Source: Bilabrum cf. latius (lineage: Eukaryota). From it: a DNA stretch of 64,000 bases. The DNA is taken from assembly GCA_965178125.1 (NCBI GenBank), contig OZ237754.1:310001-374000 (forward strand), written 5' to 3'. A program made the position numbers and the translations under genes. The notes under the pieces were generated by a model. It was not told the origin of the DNA and ran no database searches. It saw nothing but the letters and a program-made list of their open reading frames with translations. Positions 12,600 to 25,703 of the stretch are shown here, piece after piece. Numbering within the stretch: the stretch's first letter is position 1; each line of letters opens with the position of its first letter.

Positions 12600-14897
12600 A
12601 TGCCGCGAGCGAGGGCGTCGTCTCGAGCAAAGTAGAAAAAAATTGAGTCTGTTGAGAGTACTGCCGATATTTCGCGCGATGTTGCGAATAGAACGGTGTA
12701 GCAAGCACCTGAGACGACAAGGTATAGGTCTGAGAACAACTCTACGGTTCCAGGGATCGTGCTGTCCGTATGGGGTGCCACCTTTCTATATGGTGCTCTT
12801 ATTCATGCACTGACAGGCTGCGGCATCATGGTAATGCCAATTTTCTACGTTTGCACCATGCTCTGTTTCTATGTTTGGCACTGGCTGGCCCACCAGCGAT
12901 GGACTGGGACCATGCACAAGATTCACATGATTCACCACTTTGAATGGTAAGATAGTATGCCAGATGAGCGCTCATCCAGGGCATTCTGCTTCGTCTTAGT
13001 CTAGCCCTTACCCGCAAAAGTTTGTGAAGTCGTGGTTGTCCAGTCTTGTGTACTACCTGCAGGTTTCCACCGGATCGCTTCTTTGGGGATGACAAGCACA
13101 AGGTGAACTTTAACGCCGGCATGTTCTTCCCAGGTGAGGCAATTTGTACATGTTTGCGCTCGAAGCCAATACCATCCCTCCTTACAACTTGAAGAAGCAA
13201 GGATCGCGGCGTCTACCACGCTGGCAAGCATGCACACGATACGACCCACTGTCAGCAATTCCTCTGCGCAGGCTACGGCAACCTAGTGCACGAGGGCCCC
13301 CTGTACGTGCTGATTGCTGCCGTGCTTTTCATGGGATACTACGCGTTTGGCCTGAGCCTGCTTACCGTGGGCTTGCTGTCGGCATACGCGGTAGTCTTCG
13401 GGACGCTCGGAGTCGCCTTGCACACGAGCTTCCACGTTAAGGGTGAGAGAAAGAATCAAATCTGAGCCATACGTTGCAATGCCTATCTACATTGCTGCAG
13501 ACCATGACGCTGGACCGGGCGCACTCCGCCTCTTGCTGACCCGATCCACAGTTGCCTCTGGTCGATCGCACCGCCTCTCTTGACAGCCACTCCTCACTTC
13601 GCCCCGACCCGCCACCACAGGTTTCCCGCTTGAGCGGTACCAGTGGTACCGCGAGTTGCGCGCCTTGCACTACGTGCACCACCTGGGCAGCACCCAGATG
13701 AACTACGCGGTCCTGTGCATGTCGTTCGACAAGCTCTTCGGCAGCTTCGTGCCGGACTTCGAGGAGGCCCTCCGCAAGAAGAGGGCAGCGAAGCGGAAGA
13801 AGAGCGGACAGAGCGAGGACAGCGAGGACGACGAAGAGGCCACGAGCACCGACGGCAAGCCACTCGTCATCATCGACGGGATCGATCCCGAAGACGTCAA
13901 GAGAGCCCTGGGGGCAGGCGGCATCTGCGCCCACGTCGTGGGTGGGCACGCCCCGGCTGCACTGCAACCGACGAAGCAGCCTCACGACACGGCTCCTGTG
14001 GACCGCGGGTGGCTGGCAGTTCTAGTCCGTGCCGCTATCGTGGCAGCAGCCGTGGCCTTCTGGTTCGAGACGCAGGCATTCGTGGACCAGCGGCACTTCC
14101 TGTGCGACCGGGACCAGGCACGCATCCCCGAAGGAATCATGGAACAGGCGGCCGCGACGGGTCTACAGGACTTCGGGCACTGTGCCCTGGGAGGCATGCA
14201 TGCGGCTGTGCGGGCTGACACCGGTGCCACTGTCGTTGCGCGACTGTTCATCGTGCGCGTAACGGACCTGCTGGCTGTTCTGCTCGCAGCGACCGCGGTG
14301 CTCAGCACGTCCATACGCCCTGCGCTTGCGCTGCTCGTGCTGTACACCATTCGTCAACTCTGCGTGATGCTTGTGGACCTGCCCCAGCCCCCAGGGTCGC
14401 TCTGGAGTGTGTGCAACCCATCCTCTGACCCTACTGCCAGTGCCATCACGGAGGACTGCCAGGCGGAGGGCCTGTGGGGCGCTGCCGCCTTTGTTCTGCG
14501 ATCCATCCCCGCGGTGCTACAGACGGAAGGGGTCTCGCAGGACCTGTTCTTCTCGGCGCCGGCTGCCGTGATGACGCTGGCCGTGTCTGAGCTGTGCGAC
14601 AGGCTGCTCCACTGGCGGCGCGATGCGGCTCTCGGGGGCAGATAGTTCACTCGCGAGGAGGCGCTGGCATCGCCCATGGAGGCACCACTGGACGCATACA
14701 AAGGTCTATGGGTTGGGGACTGGTTGTCATGGGCTATCGTGCTGGTGGGAACCACTGCGGTGGTCGGCACCGGGCTGCTGGTGCTCGTGCTGCAGGCCAA
14801 CTGGACCATGTCGGTCGTGGTAGGCGTGCTGTGCGCAAGGTATGCGGTGCTGGTGGCGGACTACCACAATGAGTGGATTGAATCGCTGCTGCCGTGA
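12600..14897 (+). CDS. Fatty acid hydroxylase/sterol desaturase-superfamily domain fused to a degenerate sphingomyelin/IPC-synthase (PAP2_C)-like membrane domain
   Basis: join(12600-12946,13063-13133,13272-13442,13621-14897) = 622 codons with phase-consistent GT-AG introns. His boxes HWLAH, HMIHH, HTSFH, HYVHH. C-terminal QDFGH, LPQPPG, DLFFSAP, QANWTMSV. Three TAGs; TGA stop. Confidence 0.8.
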
Positions 14898-15155
14898 TGG
14901 CACGCGTTAGGCAGCGTGGGTCATTGCTGGTCTATGCGAGTTGCTTTGAGGTCCAAACCATACACTACGTTGTCCCGTTCAATCCACGAAAGAAGTCTGC
15001 CACTGCCATTGCTGTCAACAGGACCACGGAGATCTCAAGCAGCAAGTGGCCCTCATAACATACCTGCTGGCTGCCCGTGCTTGAATTTGCAACGCTGTAA
15101 TGACCAGAATTGCTCGCTCCATCTAAGCAAGCGCCCACCTCATTTTCATTTCTCA

Positions 15156-16078
15156 TTATTCCCCCGTCACGATGCCCCTCACGAATGCCTCGATGCCCTC
15201 CGGCCCATCGGAGCGCAGGGACCGGATCACGGCGCTTCCCATCACAGCCCCGTCCGCAAACCCGCTCACGCTCTTGATGTGCTCGTGCGTGCTGAGCCCG
15301 AAGCCCACTGCCAGCGGCAAATCCTCCCCTACTGCCTTCCTCACCCTGCCCATGAATGCTCCCAGGCCGGGGGGCAGCTCCGTGCGAGCGCCCGTCACTC
15401 CCGTCACAGACACGCAGTAGATGTATCCCTTGGCGCACTTGGCGACGGTTGCCAGTCTGGCATCCGTGCTGGTGGGCGCAACGAGGGGCACGTAGGCGAG
15501 CGAGTGCTTGTCGCACGCCTCGAGGAATTTCGTGGCTTCCTCGGGCGGCACGTCGACTACGATCATCCCGTCGATGCCAGCTACGAGCAAAAGCGAGTTC
15601 GAGTACGGTGAAGCTATACATAAATCCATGCTGCAAGGTGATTGTAAATGGCACCGACGCTGCTCTTCTCACCCTTTGCGCAATCCTCTCCAAGCTGGGC
15701 CTCGCCGTAACGCAGGAATGGATTCGCATACCCCATCAAAATCACTGGCTTGGTCAAACCTTTTGCCCTGGCCTCTTCCACGTACTTCAGGGTCTTTTTC
15801 AATGTGATTCCATTCTTCAGAGCGACCATGTTCGCTGCTTGGATCGTCCCGCCATCCGCCAGTGGATCAGAGAAAGGCATTCCAAGCTCAATCACATCTG
15901 CCCCGCCCTTCTCCATTCCAAGGAGCACATCTACAGTGCTGTCTAGCTTAGGGAAGCCTGCTGTCACGTACGGAATGAACGCTGTTCGTCCTTCCGCCTT
16001 GCAGTCAGCGAACTACTTCAGTACCCTCGCAGATCCTGCGAGAGCATCCTATCCTGCGGCAGCACCTGATCCTGCCAT
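15156..16078 (-). CDS. trpA: Tryptophan synthase alpha subunit (stand-alone)
   Basis: join(16078-15673,15580-15156) with a 92-nt GTGAG...TAG intron. Motifs AFIPYVTAGFP, IELGMPFSDPLADGGTIQ, LMGYANP, VVDVPPEE, YCVSVTGVTG, AVGFGLS, DGAVMGSA. Two TAGs near the N-terminus; ends TAA followed by TGA. Confidence 0.95.
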
Positions 16079-16264
16079 GCTAATTTAATTTTAAATCAAA
16101 TGAATTGCAAGGCTGACTGGATCGTATACTAGCCGCTTCCGGAGCTTCGATAAAAGGTGCTAGCGGTTGCAACCAATCGAATGGAATTTGTGATGAACGT
16201 TCTCTCAGGTTCGATCTTTCGCAGCTGTTGCGCGAAAAACCTTCAAACCCAAGCTTAGGCCACC

Positions 16265-19200
16265 ATGGAGCACGACCGCGTCCTTTCTCGTACCCAGTAT
16301 GACAAATTAGTGCAACAGTTGGCTATGGAAAACAACGTTTCTACTGAGACGTATGAGGAAGCTCTACTGGCACACGCACAGTATCTGGGTCTGATGGAAG
16401 AGTCTGATTGGCCGTACTACGGAATAGTGGCGGAGGCTTTGACTGCTCCTGTGCCAGAAGGATGGGATACACAAACCGATGGGGAGGGTAATGTCTTTTA
16501 TCTGAACTTGCACACGAATGAGACGTCTTGGTTGCACCCGATGGATAATGAGTACAAAGAACGTTGCTAGAGACTGAAGCAGATGCACGAGAATGGCGAG
16601 GTGGATATGGAATCCGATGATTCTAACGCAGGCACTGGAGGGCATGCCTCTGCAACGCACGGGAAGGCCGAGGAACCAAACCCGGCTGAAGACGACGACG
16701 ACTCGAATGGGGACAACCCTGGTTCTGCTCCTGCTAGTGGACCATTGCTGGCGGATGCACTTGGTGGACATGCAGCATCACATCCACACACAGACCCTCG
16801 CGACCAAGAATTGCGGGAAGGCGCTGGCGTGAGCCAACGGCCCGACGACGACAGGAGGGAGCACCCGCACTACCAGGCCGGCTCTCGATGGGGCAAAGCA
16901 GAGAGTCCCGTGGCGAATCAGTCCATCGAGCGTCCCTTGGGGGGAATGGACTCTAGAATCGACGGGTCTGCTCATTCCTCTGTGCCGAGCAGCCATGTGG
17001 ACTCGGGTGCCGCCATCTCCCAGGAGGCAGCACGTGCAGTGGAAGCGTCGCGACGAGAGCAGCAGCAGCAGCAGCAGGGGCAATAGGGGCGGTATCACCC
17101 GCAGCCTGGTGCAAACGATGACGATGATGCCGATAGCCTCGACGACGAAAGTTTCCCCGCGCCAGGCCAAGGACAGGGGAAGGGCCAGGGCCAGGGCAGC
17201 CGTCGTGCGCGGGAGCAGAACCAGGCGCGCAGCCGTGAGTCGGGGAGCATAGTCCAAGGAGCTCCGTCCGGCAGGACTTTTGATCGGCAGAGGGAGGCAG
17301 GTGTGGCTCCACGAGGAGGCCTGCTCAGCACCCAGGGGGGCGGGCACAATGCCCCGGATACCCCGGGCGGGCTCTCCGACATCTTGAACGGGGAGATGGA
17401 CTCTGACCTGTTCGAGTCACCCTCTCCCGCTGGGGCAGCCAAGCGTGCCCCGGGCCAAGGAGGGCAGGGTGCTCCCTTGCACGACGATGATGTTGAGGAC
17501 GGCTCCGGGTCTGACGGGGGCATGCCTCCGGCCCCCGGTCAGCCAACTGACGGTGGGGGCAAGATGGGAGGTGCTGCTCTTGCAGCGGCCATGCTGGCCA
17601 GCGTTGACGAAGATGACGAAGATGAGGGCCAGCATGCCTCAAGCGCGGACTAGCGCGATCCGCATGAAGCTGCGACAGAGGCAGGCAGTGCTGGTGGTCA
17701 TGGGAAGCAGCATGCCACTGCATCGGCCGACGAGGAGCCCTAGCAGCCGTAGTTGCCGACAAAAGACAAGGCAGGCAGTGATGCTAAGCGCAATCTTGCG
17801 CTGGATGCTAGCTTCATGGGGATCGGAGAGGAAGGGTAGAGCGAGGACGAAGACGGCGACGCGGAGTCTAGCTTTGGCACGGGGGCCGCGACTAGCCAGC
17901 CCCAGTCGACGGCGGCGACTCCAGCAGCAGTCCAACAGGCCAAGCCAGCTCAAACCGCGGAGCATGTTGAGGAGGTGCGAGCACTCGAGCAGCAGCTGCG
18001 TTCCATGCAAGATGAAGTGCGTGCATTGCGAGCGCAATCCAAAGAGGCCAAGCAGACCCGGGCCAAGCTGCGAGAGGTCGAGGCGGAGCTCAGGGACCTG
18101 AGGGCCAGCAATGCGGCCGCGTCCTAGTCTGGTGACAGGGCGGTTCAGGACCTCCGACAACAGCTGGAGGAGGTCCAGCAGCAACACCGCCGGTCGACTG
18201 AAAAACTGCGGGTGGCCGAAGAAGGGAGTAAGGAGCAGGAGGACCGCGCCAGGGAATGGGAGGCCAAGGCTTCCTCCGAGGGCCGGCGGGCCCAGCGGCT
18301 GCAGGCCGAGCTGGAGGCAGAGACGCAGAGGGGCAAAGAGGCTGACAGGGAGCTCGACGTCGCGAGGTCGCGGCTCGCAGAAGCCACGAGGGCGCAGGGA
18401 GCAGCGGCGGGCGCGGCACAGGACGAGATCGAGCGTCTCCGCGGTGAGCTCTCCTCGGTCAAGTCCGAGCTCGAGCGGTCCACCCGCCGAGCCGCAGAGG
18501 TCAAGGACCAGGCGATGGACGAGGCCCAGGCGCTGCGGCTCAAGGCAGAGGGGAGCGCGCAGGAGGCGGAGCGGCGCACGCGGGAATCAGCCACTGCCAA
18601 GCAAGAGTGCAAGGCCCTGCAGGCCAAGCTAGAGGACACCAGGCAGCAATCGTCTCAGAAGGAGCAGGAGCTCAGAGATGAGGTCGCTGCTCTGCAGAGA
18701 AACAGCGATGAGCTGAGAGCCTAGCTATCGGCGCAGAAAGTCACGTCTTCGGAAGAATCGGCCAGGGCGCAGCGGCAGACCCACGAGCTGGAGCGCCAGG
18801 TGGCGGACCTGGAGGCGCGGCTGGCCACAGAGATAGAGTCCTCCAAGCAGCAGCAGCAAACCGTCAAGGAGGCCATGCTGCGGGCGCAACAGGAGAGCGA
18901 GCACCGGGTGGCGGGGCTTGAGCGGCAGCTGAGGGACGCCCAGGCGGAATCCGACGGGCACCGACGCAAGGCGGAGGCAGCCGCTCAGGAAGCCGAGGTC
19001 GCTCTCGAGAGGGAGAAGAGGGAGCGGGCTGCTGAGGTGTCCTCTCTGCGATCCAAGGCCAACAGCAGCCTGCAGCAGGCAGTGGAAGATGCCGAGAGCC
19101 GGGCGCAGGCGTCGAGACGCACGCTTGAGGCTACCATCGAGGCGCAGGAGCAGGAACTGCGGCGGCTCCGAGACGAGTCTACCCGCACGCGGGTGCAGCT

Positions 19201-21094
19201 GGACGCCGCGAGGCAGCAGCTCGAGGACGAGAAGTCTGCCCGTGCCAAGGCAGAGCAAGCAGAGCGCCAGGCGAGGGCCAACGCCGACAAGGAGATCCGG
19301 CAGGCCGCGTCTGAGATCGACGCAGCCATGAGGGAGGTGGAGGCAGAGAAGAGCGGCAGGGAGAGAGAGTCCAGCAATCTGCAGGCTGAGCTCGCTGGGG
19401 CGCGCGAGGAGGCCGGCGCCGCCCAAGACCGCATCAAGCAGCTGCAGCAAGAGGCTGCGCAGATGGCCCAGGCCCTCCGCGAGGCGAATGCGGACGCGCG
19501 CCTGGCCCAGGCAGAGCATTCTCTCCGCGAGGAGAAGCAGAGGTCAGACAGGCTCCGTGCAGTAACAGATGGCCAGCGGGCAGAGCTGAGAAGGGTGCGG
19601 CTGGACTACGAGGCTCGTTTGAAGCAGCAGGTAGACGGGGCCAAGGATAGGGTCAGAGAGGCAGCGGACGCAGCCGCGAGCGCCGCGGAGCAGCGGACCC
19701 GCGCAGAGCTGGAGGCGCGGCTGGCTTCTGCGGAAGAGGATGCAAAGGCCGTGCGGTCTCGGCTGGCCGCACTCACCAAAGAGCTGGACGAGTCCTCTGC
19801 GGAGGCTCGCAGGAAGCTCTCGGCCGAGACAGCCCGACTCGAGGGCGAGCTGCGCGCCGCGAGGGCAGGATCAGAAAGGATGGCTTCCATGCTGCAAGCG
19901 CGGCTGGGCGAGGGGAGTGCGCTGGGCGGCGGCGGCTCAAACACGCACTCGGGCATGCTGGCGCTGCCGCCACCCCCAGTGCAAGATGGAGGCAGGCAGG
20001 TCTCCGTGGAGCCGCCGCGCGTGCCAGGCCACCAGTCCGCACCAATGCCATCTGGAGCTCAGTAGGAAGCTGCGAACGCGCGTCGAGCAGGTGAACCCGC
20101 ATTGGGAGCGACCGCGCGTGCGTATGCATGGCCAGTGCGCGCTCTGCCGCCGCGGGCCGAGTAGGCCTCGCTGCACGCCAGTGGCCTCGCAAGCAGGCTA
20201 GAGCAGTCCCTTGGCCCCTTGCGGTCGTAGCTGAGGGCGGCTATGCGAGAGGCAGCCACGCCAGGGTCCAGCTTGAAGAGATCGTCGCAGATGAGCGGCT
20301 CTCGCGGCGGCGGATTCGGCGAAAACGCAGGGGAATCGAAGGAGCAAGACCATGGGTACTATGGCCAGGGCGGAGGCTCAGGCAGCCAGGAGCTGCCACG
20401 GGAGGTACTCAGGCAGACGCAGGCCGAGCAGGGGCTGCAGCATGGCGTTCAGCCGGGATGGGCCGGCTTGGATGCAGACGGCCGCCATGCACGGTAGGAG
20501 GACTATGCCCTGATGGCCTTTCAGGAAGACAGGCGTAGGTAGGCAGAGGCCAGGGCCAGCGCAGCGAGTCAGTCGGGTGCGTGGGCTGGCAGCATGGACG
20601 GGGGTTCCGGAGCAGGGTTTGGTTACGGCGGGGGTGTGGTTCCCCTCCCCATGTCTGCGGTGCGGCAAAGGCACTCGGACGGCAGCATGGCCGGCTCCTT
20701 CATTGGACGAGCAGCCGACGCGTCTTCGCTCGGAGACGCTTCTGCAGGGGACGATGCCAGCCTCTACAGGGCGGCAGGCAGCGGTCCTGAAGTGCTCGGG
20801 CTGGCCAGAAAGCTCGAAATGTCGCAGGCCGCGGTGGACGTGATGGAATCGATGAGAGACGGGTGGATCGGAGGCTTGCGCGGCGATTCAACTGGTCGGC
20901 AACGACGGTCCAGTGCGGGTGCGCAGAGCTTCGCGGGCGCCTCTGGGATCGGACCAGCGGCTGAGTCGGGCGGGCTAGAAGCGAGCTTTGCCAGCGCAAG
21001 AAGTGGCGCAGCTGGTGGAGTCGGGCTGGTGAACGGAGCCCCCCTGTCGGCGAGGAAAGGGTACTTCGAGGGCAAGTACGGGAGGAGAGGATGA
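16265..21094 (+). CDS. CEP164: CEP164-like WW-domain plus long coiled-coil protein (1609 aa, TAG=Gln)
   Basis: One frame from ATG 16265 to TGA 21092-21094 with 13 in-frame TAG and no TAA/TGA. N-terminal AQYLGL...EALTAPVPEGW...GNVFYLNLHTNETSWLHPMD matches the CEP164-type helical-WW module; E/A/R/Q coiled coil at ~17950-19900. Orthology is inferred. Confidence 0.7.
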
Positions 21095-21219
21095 GCGTGG
21101 AAAGTGTGGTGCTATTGTATTGCGTGCGCACGTCGAATGAATGGCTTCGCTGCTTCAAGAGCATTTATTGCACCACGTGTAGCAAGCAGCAGGTACCGCG
21201 TCGATTGCCAGCCTATCTA

Positions 21220-24057
21220 TCACGTGCTGCGCTCTCCCTCCCCGCCAAGATTTGCGCCATCATCCGCACCAACACTGCCAGCGGCCCCGCTGCTGCCATC
21301 CTCGGCTGCACCTTTGCGGGCACTGCTGCACCTCGCGAGGGCGGCCGTGATGGAGGACGCCCCCTTTGCCTGCCTGCTCGATCCAAAGAGGGCCACATTG
21401 AGCACTTTGGCAACCCTTGAGCCGAACTGCACCGCGCGCTTTGGCAAAAGCGCGCTTTCGCCTAGCCCGAGCTGGACTGCGACCAAACGCAGCACCCGCT
21501 TGTCTCCCTGACCCCGCTCTAAGCCGGGGTCCAATATCCTATCCACAGGGATGCGTGACAGCGCACCCAGCACGCCCTCGTCCAGGAATGGCAGCCGGAG
21601 CTCCCTCCCGTGGTCGCTTACAATCCTGTCGTCTCTGCCGAGGTTTCGGGCCCACAGCCGATCCACATCCATAGATAGCTCTGACGCGACCGCGGCCCAG
21701 CCCCCTCTCGACACCGCAGTTGCATGCCTGCCGTACCCGCCGCACAGCTCGTCTGCCCCCAGGCCAGAGAACACAACGCGAGCCGAAGACACAAATCGAC
21801 TATCTTCTATCGCATCGCGCACAGCAGCCACGGGACATGATTCAACAAGCCCGGCCGATGAGAGGTCTGCAGCAGTTGCCAGTCTCCCTGTTCCCGAGGC
21901 GGCGTGCCATATCGCCATACCAAGAGACAGGTCCATGTTGGTACATCTTGGCCACAATAAGGTCGCCACGTGAAGCATGGTCTTCTTGACGTCGTCAGGC
22001 GAAACGTTAACAAGGACGAGTCGCCACTCTCTCTCCGGGCACGACCGTCGGAGCTGCATCCACGATTGCAGTGCGGTTTTCCTGTCCGGAGACTGATGCT
22101 CTGGATAGTCAAAGCAGGCCGACAAAAGGTCAATTGGCTCCCCCGGTGGAAGGAAATCGTGTGCAAGCCTGGCAACAATGGTGCAATCGAGGCCCCCGCT
22201 AAACAGGACGGCCAAGCGAGAGGGTGCAAGTGATCTTGCAGCTGCTGCAGCAACAGTTTCCGACTCTGCACTGGCCGCGATGGGTGCTGCAGCTCTTTCC
22301 AAAGGTGACGCGCCTCCCAGATCTGGGGATGCGGCGACAGAGTCTCTCGGCAGCTCTGGCCCAATGGGCGGCCTAGCCACTTCGGAAGCGGAGGGCTCCG
22401 TGTGACTAGGGTCGGGGCAGTGTGTGACGCGCCGCTGCACAGCCAGTCGAAGGGCTACCATCGTTGCGTCTCTAGCACGGATCCAATCACCGGCCAACGC
22501 CAGTGAGTCGTTCTCACAAGCACCTGGGCTTGGGCTGCTGGTTTCACAAGCACCTGGGCCTGTACTGCTGGCTTCACTGCTACGGCCAGACGATACCGTT
22601 GCTACATCGGTTGTGCTCACAGATGCTGGTTTGAGTGCTCTGCCTTTGCTCACTGCGGCTCCCCCCTTACCCCTTTGGTCAAGTCTCACAATGTCTGGTC
22701 TTGCCACGGATGCACGTGTAGGTCGCCACAGCGGCAGCCCGCGCCGCAGATCGACACAACAGAAGCCAAGCACAACAGCCGCGGTCTCCCTACCTACATC
22801 TGATACGCTTGAATGCTTCTGGTCCTCGAGTGACAGTGGCAATGCAACGTCCCCGGGGTCTGTCACCAAGCCAGGTTCTCTGCTTGCTGCAGGACCCAGT
22901 GCTTTACCCCAATCGATGCTCATGGCTCTGACTGAGAGCGGTGGCTTGCAAATGCTGCTGTCTCCGAGCGCAGCCCAGCAATGACCAGCGCCAGCACCAT
23001 TACCATCACCAGCACCAGCACCAGCACCAGCACCAGCACCAGCACCAGCACCAGCACCAGCACCAGCACCAGCACCAGCACCAGCACCAGCACCAGCACC
23101 AGCACCAGCACCAGCACCAGCACCAGCACCAGCACCAGCACCAGCACCAGCACCAGCACCAGCACCATCACAAGCACCTGCACCTGCACCTGCACCTGCA
23201 CCTGCACCTGCACCTGCATCTGCACCTGCACCTGCACCTGCACCCGCACCAGCATCAGCACCAGCACCAGCACCAGCACCAGCACCAGCCCACCCGCAAG
23301 CCATCACCCAACCAGCAGGGATCTCCTGCCAACGCCCCCCGCATGCCACCACATCCAAGTTGAGGTCTCTTGCATCTGTCATGAGTGGTTCTTCGATCAA
23401 TGCTGCTGTTGGTACAACATCCCCTGCCCCGCCGAGGCCCCCACATACAGAGCTTGCTGCCGGGGCGGGGTGCTGGACGCTGCTTGACTGGCGGGTTATC
23501 CTCGCGATTCCTGACAGCTCTGGAAGAACGACGCTAGATACTATGACTGGTTCGTGTGTCTCGTGACCGGCGCGTGGCAATCGAAGCAGCAGGCTCCTTC
23601 TGCCAACTGCACCCCGCCCAAACACAACGCTGCTGGTAGCGGTGTCTACCACGCAGGCTGCCCAGGGACCAATAACCGAGTCTAGAGCCTGGGCGATAGC
23701 CAAGTGCGACTCTTTCTGTGATGCTGCCTCCGTAAGGCGCAGTTCAACGCTGTCTCGAATCGCAGCAGTATCACTTGTTTCGGTTCCGAGGCCCCAGGCT
23801 TCGCCGTTCCAGGCAATTCCACCGCTACGCGACATGAACCCCAGAGGCTATGCGGATATCACCCCGGTCTTGGAACGTTGCATGGAGAGCACTGATGCTA
23901 TCATAACTACTCGGGTACCATTCGCAAGCTTCCATTCACGAAAAGACATGTTGTCCGGTCCTCGCGAGCGCAACGCGCGGCGGGCCTGCTCGCATACGTT
24001 TTTGACCAAATCGTCTGGGCAGTCCTGAGGAATAATCAATAAAGTCACTCCGCACAT
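21220..24057 (-). CDS. ASNSD1: Asparagine synthetase domain-containing protein 1 (Ntn domain plus Asn synthase domain)
   Basis: Starts MCG at 24057, with LRSRGPD. One TAG (23848-23850) joins it to WNGEAWG, GRRSLL, AVLFSGGLDC, SPDRKTA, GLGADELCGGYGRH, RNLGRDDR, RLPFLDE, GDKRVLR, PKRAVQFGSR. TGA stop. Confidence 0.9.
22985..23289. repeat. Hexanucleotide microsatellite (GCACCA)n/(GCACCT)n encoding poly-(Gly-Ala) inside ASNSD1
   Basis: About 50 tandem 6-mers seen directly; in frame on the minus strand. Confidence 0.95.
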
Positions 24058-24290
24058 GCTCGAAGCTAGTAAGGCGAGGGATTTCTGACATTCTGACACT
24101 CTGCGTTCTGGCAACTCGGAGCAGCGGCGAACTGCAACTGCGTCGTTCCAGCGCTTTAATCAGGAGTGCCTGACATAAATATGCACCCCACTCTATTCAT
24201 GGTACGTATTGCCAAAGAAAGCAAAGTTGATCACATGTCATTCGTGCGCGAGTGCCGGCTCCGGGATGCCAGCAACCCCTGCACACGCAC

Positions 24291-25497
24291 TCAGCTGCCG
24301 CCCAAGCTTACAATGTCATCAATCCCTATTCGGAGCAAAGCCATCCGAATGGCCCATGCCAGCACAAACGCCGCTACGAAGGCGACTAGCGCGTGCCCGG
24401 TCATGAGAAGCCCTCCCCGGAGCCAGCTCTGCCTCGTGCTCGTCGCCTGGAACGAGCCTAGCAAGAACATGACTCCCAGGGAGATCGCCGCCGAAAAAAT
24501 CGCGACTGCTCCCATTCCAGCAGACAGCTGCTGCCCCGCTCCATCCCCCAGCAGCGGCACGGCAGCACCCTGCGCCGCCGCGAACACCTCATCCATCCAC
24601 CCTCGCACGGTGGGGCCTCCAAAGGCATACGCCGCCGCTGGCCAGAGTGGAGCCGTGCCGAACACCAAGTATGCCAATCCAGTGACCAGTCCGTCGACTG
24701 CGGGCGTTTCTTTTCCCGAGGGCACGATCATTCGCAGTTCCACGGCCATCATGTGATCAATGAAGGCGGTGTGATATTTCTTGCTCTTCATGTACATCTT
24801 TATCAACTGCTCCGCATCGCTCCTGGAAAACCCCTTGTTCTGGTGCAGCACGACCATTTCTTCGATCTCGCCCTTTGGATTTCTGTCGAACTCCCACTTT
24901 TCCCGCGCCCGCTCCGCCAGAACGTGCGATATCCTAGCTACTCTAGCAATGTACTCGCCAAGACCCATAGAAAAAGATCCTGCAATCAGATTGCAAAAGC
25001 CTATCAACAGAAGGATGCCGAGAGGCAGCTTCCCTCCCGCGACTGCCGCCACGATGGCCAGCTGCGTTACCACCCCATCCAAACCTCCAAAAAGAATGTT
25101 TTCCAAGTACTCTCCCCCTGGGCTGCGCAAACACATAGGCTGACGACAAGTTTTCCTTCTGCTTCGGGCAAAATCATTTTGAATAGCCCCGAGGCAGGTT
25201 CTTTCTTACCTTTCATGGCCAGCCTCAATCCTTTTTGTAATCTCCTCCGCAGAGTGAGCAGCCTTCGACGCTGAAACGTCACCGCGTTTGACTGCAGTAA
25301 GCGGTAGTACAAGAAGGGCATTCTACTGATGGCATGCGCGATAGACAGAAAACCGAATGATTTTCTCGAGATCGAATACACGCACATGCTTCTCTCGGGT
25401 TGCTAGCAGACGGCGAGTTCGATTCCGTTGAGGTTTGGCGTGTTGCAGGTATCGCAGACCTTTGCCTCAGCCCGTCGGACTGGCTTGTGTCCGACAT
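24291..25497 (-). CDS. VIT1: VIT1/CCC1 family vacuolar iron transporter
   Basis: join(25497-25386,25291-25210,25122-24291) = 342 codons. Motifs ILFGGLDG, NLIAGSFSMGLGEY, ERAREKWE...NPKGEIEEM, FIDHMMAVEL. TGA stop. Confidence 0.9.
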
Positions 25498-25703
25498 GCT
25501 TGTAAATTAAGCCACGTCGCAGCAACCAGTCGTTGCGCAGTCGCCGGCGCCGGCGCCGCGACGGCGCCGGCGGCCGCCACTGGCACTGGCAGCGGCGGAA
25601 CTTCCGAGTCCTTGATGATTGCCTCCAAACAGGCACAAGTAGTCATTGTCGGGCGTCTTGGACAGCCATAGCTTGGTTCATTGTGTAATCCCAAGTTGCT
25701 CAG

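Noticed and set aside
15153-15158. Ciliate-type code (TAA and TAG both Gln) or a no-stop code
   Set aside because: No in-frame TAA was seen in the reconstructed genes; TAA ends trpA and ENKD1 and TGA ends most others.
16230-16237. E2F-like site (TTTCGCGC on the minus strand) upstream of the CEP164-like gene
   Set aside because: A single 8-mer is expected by chance and has no supporting evidence.
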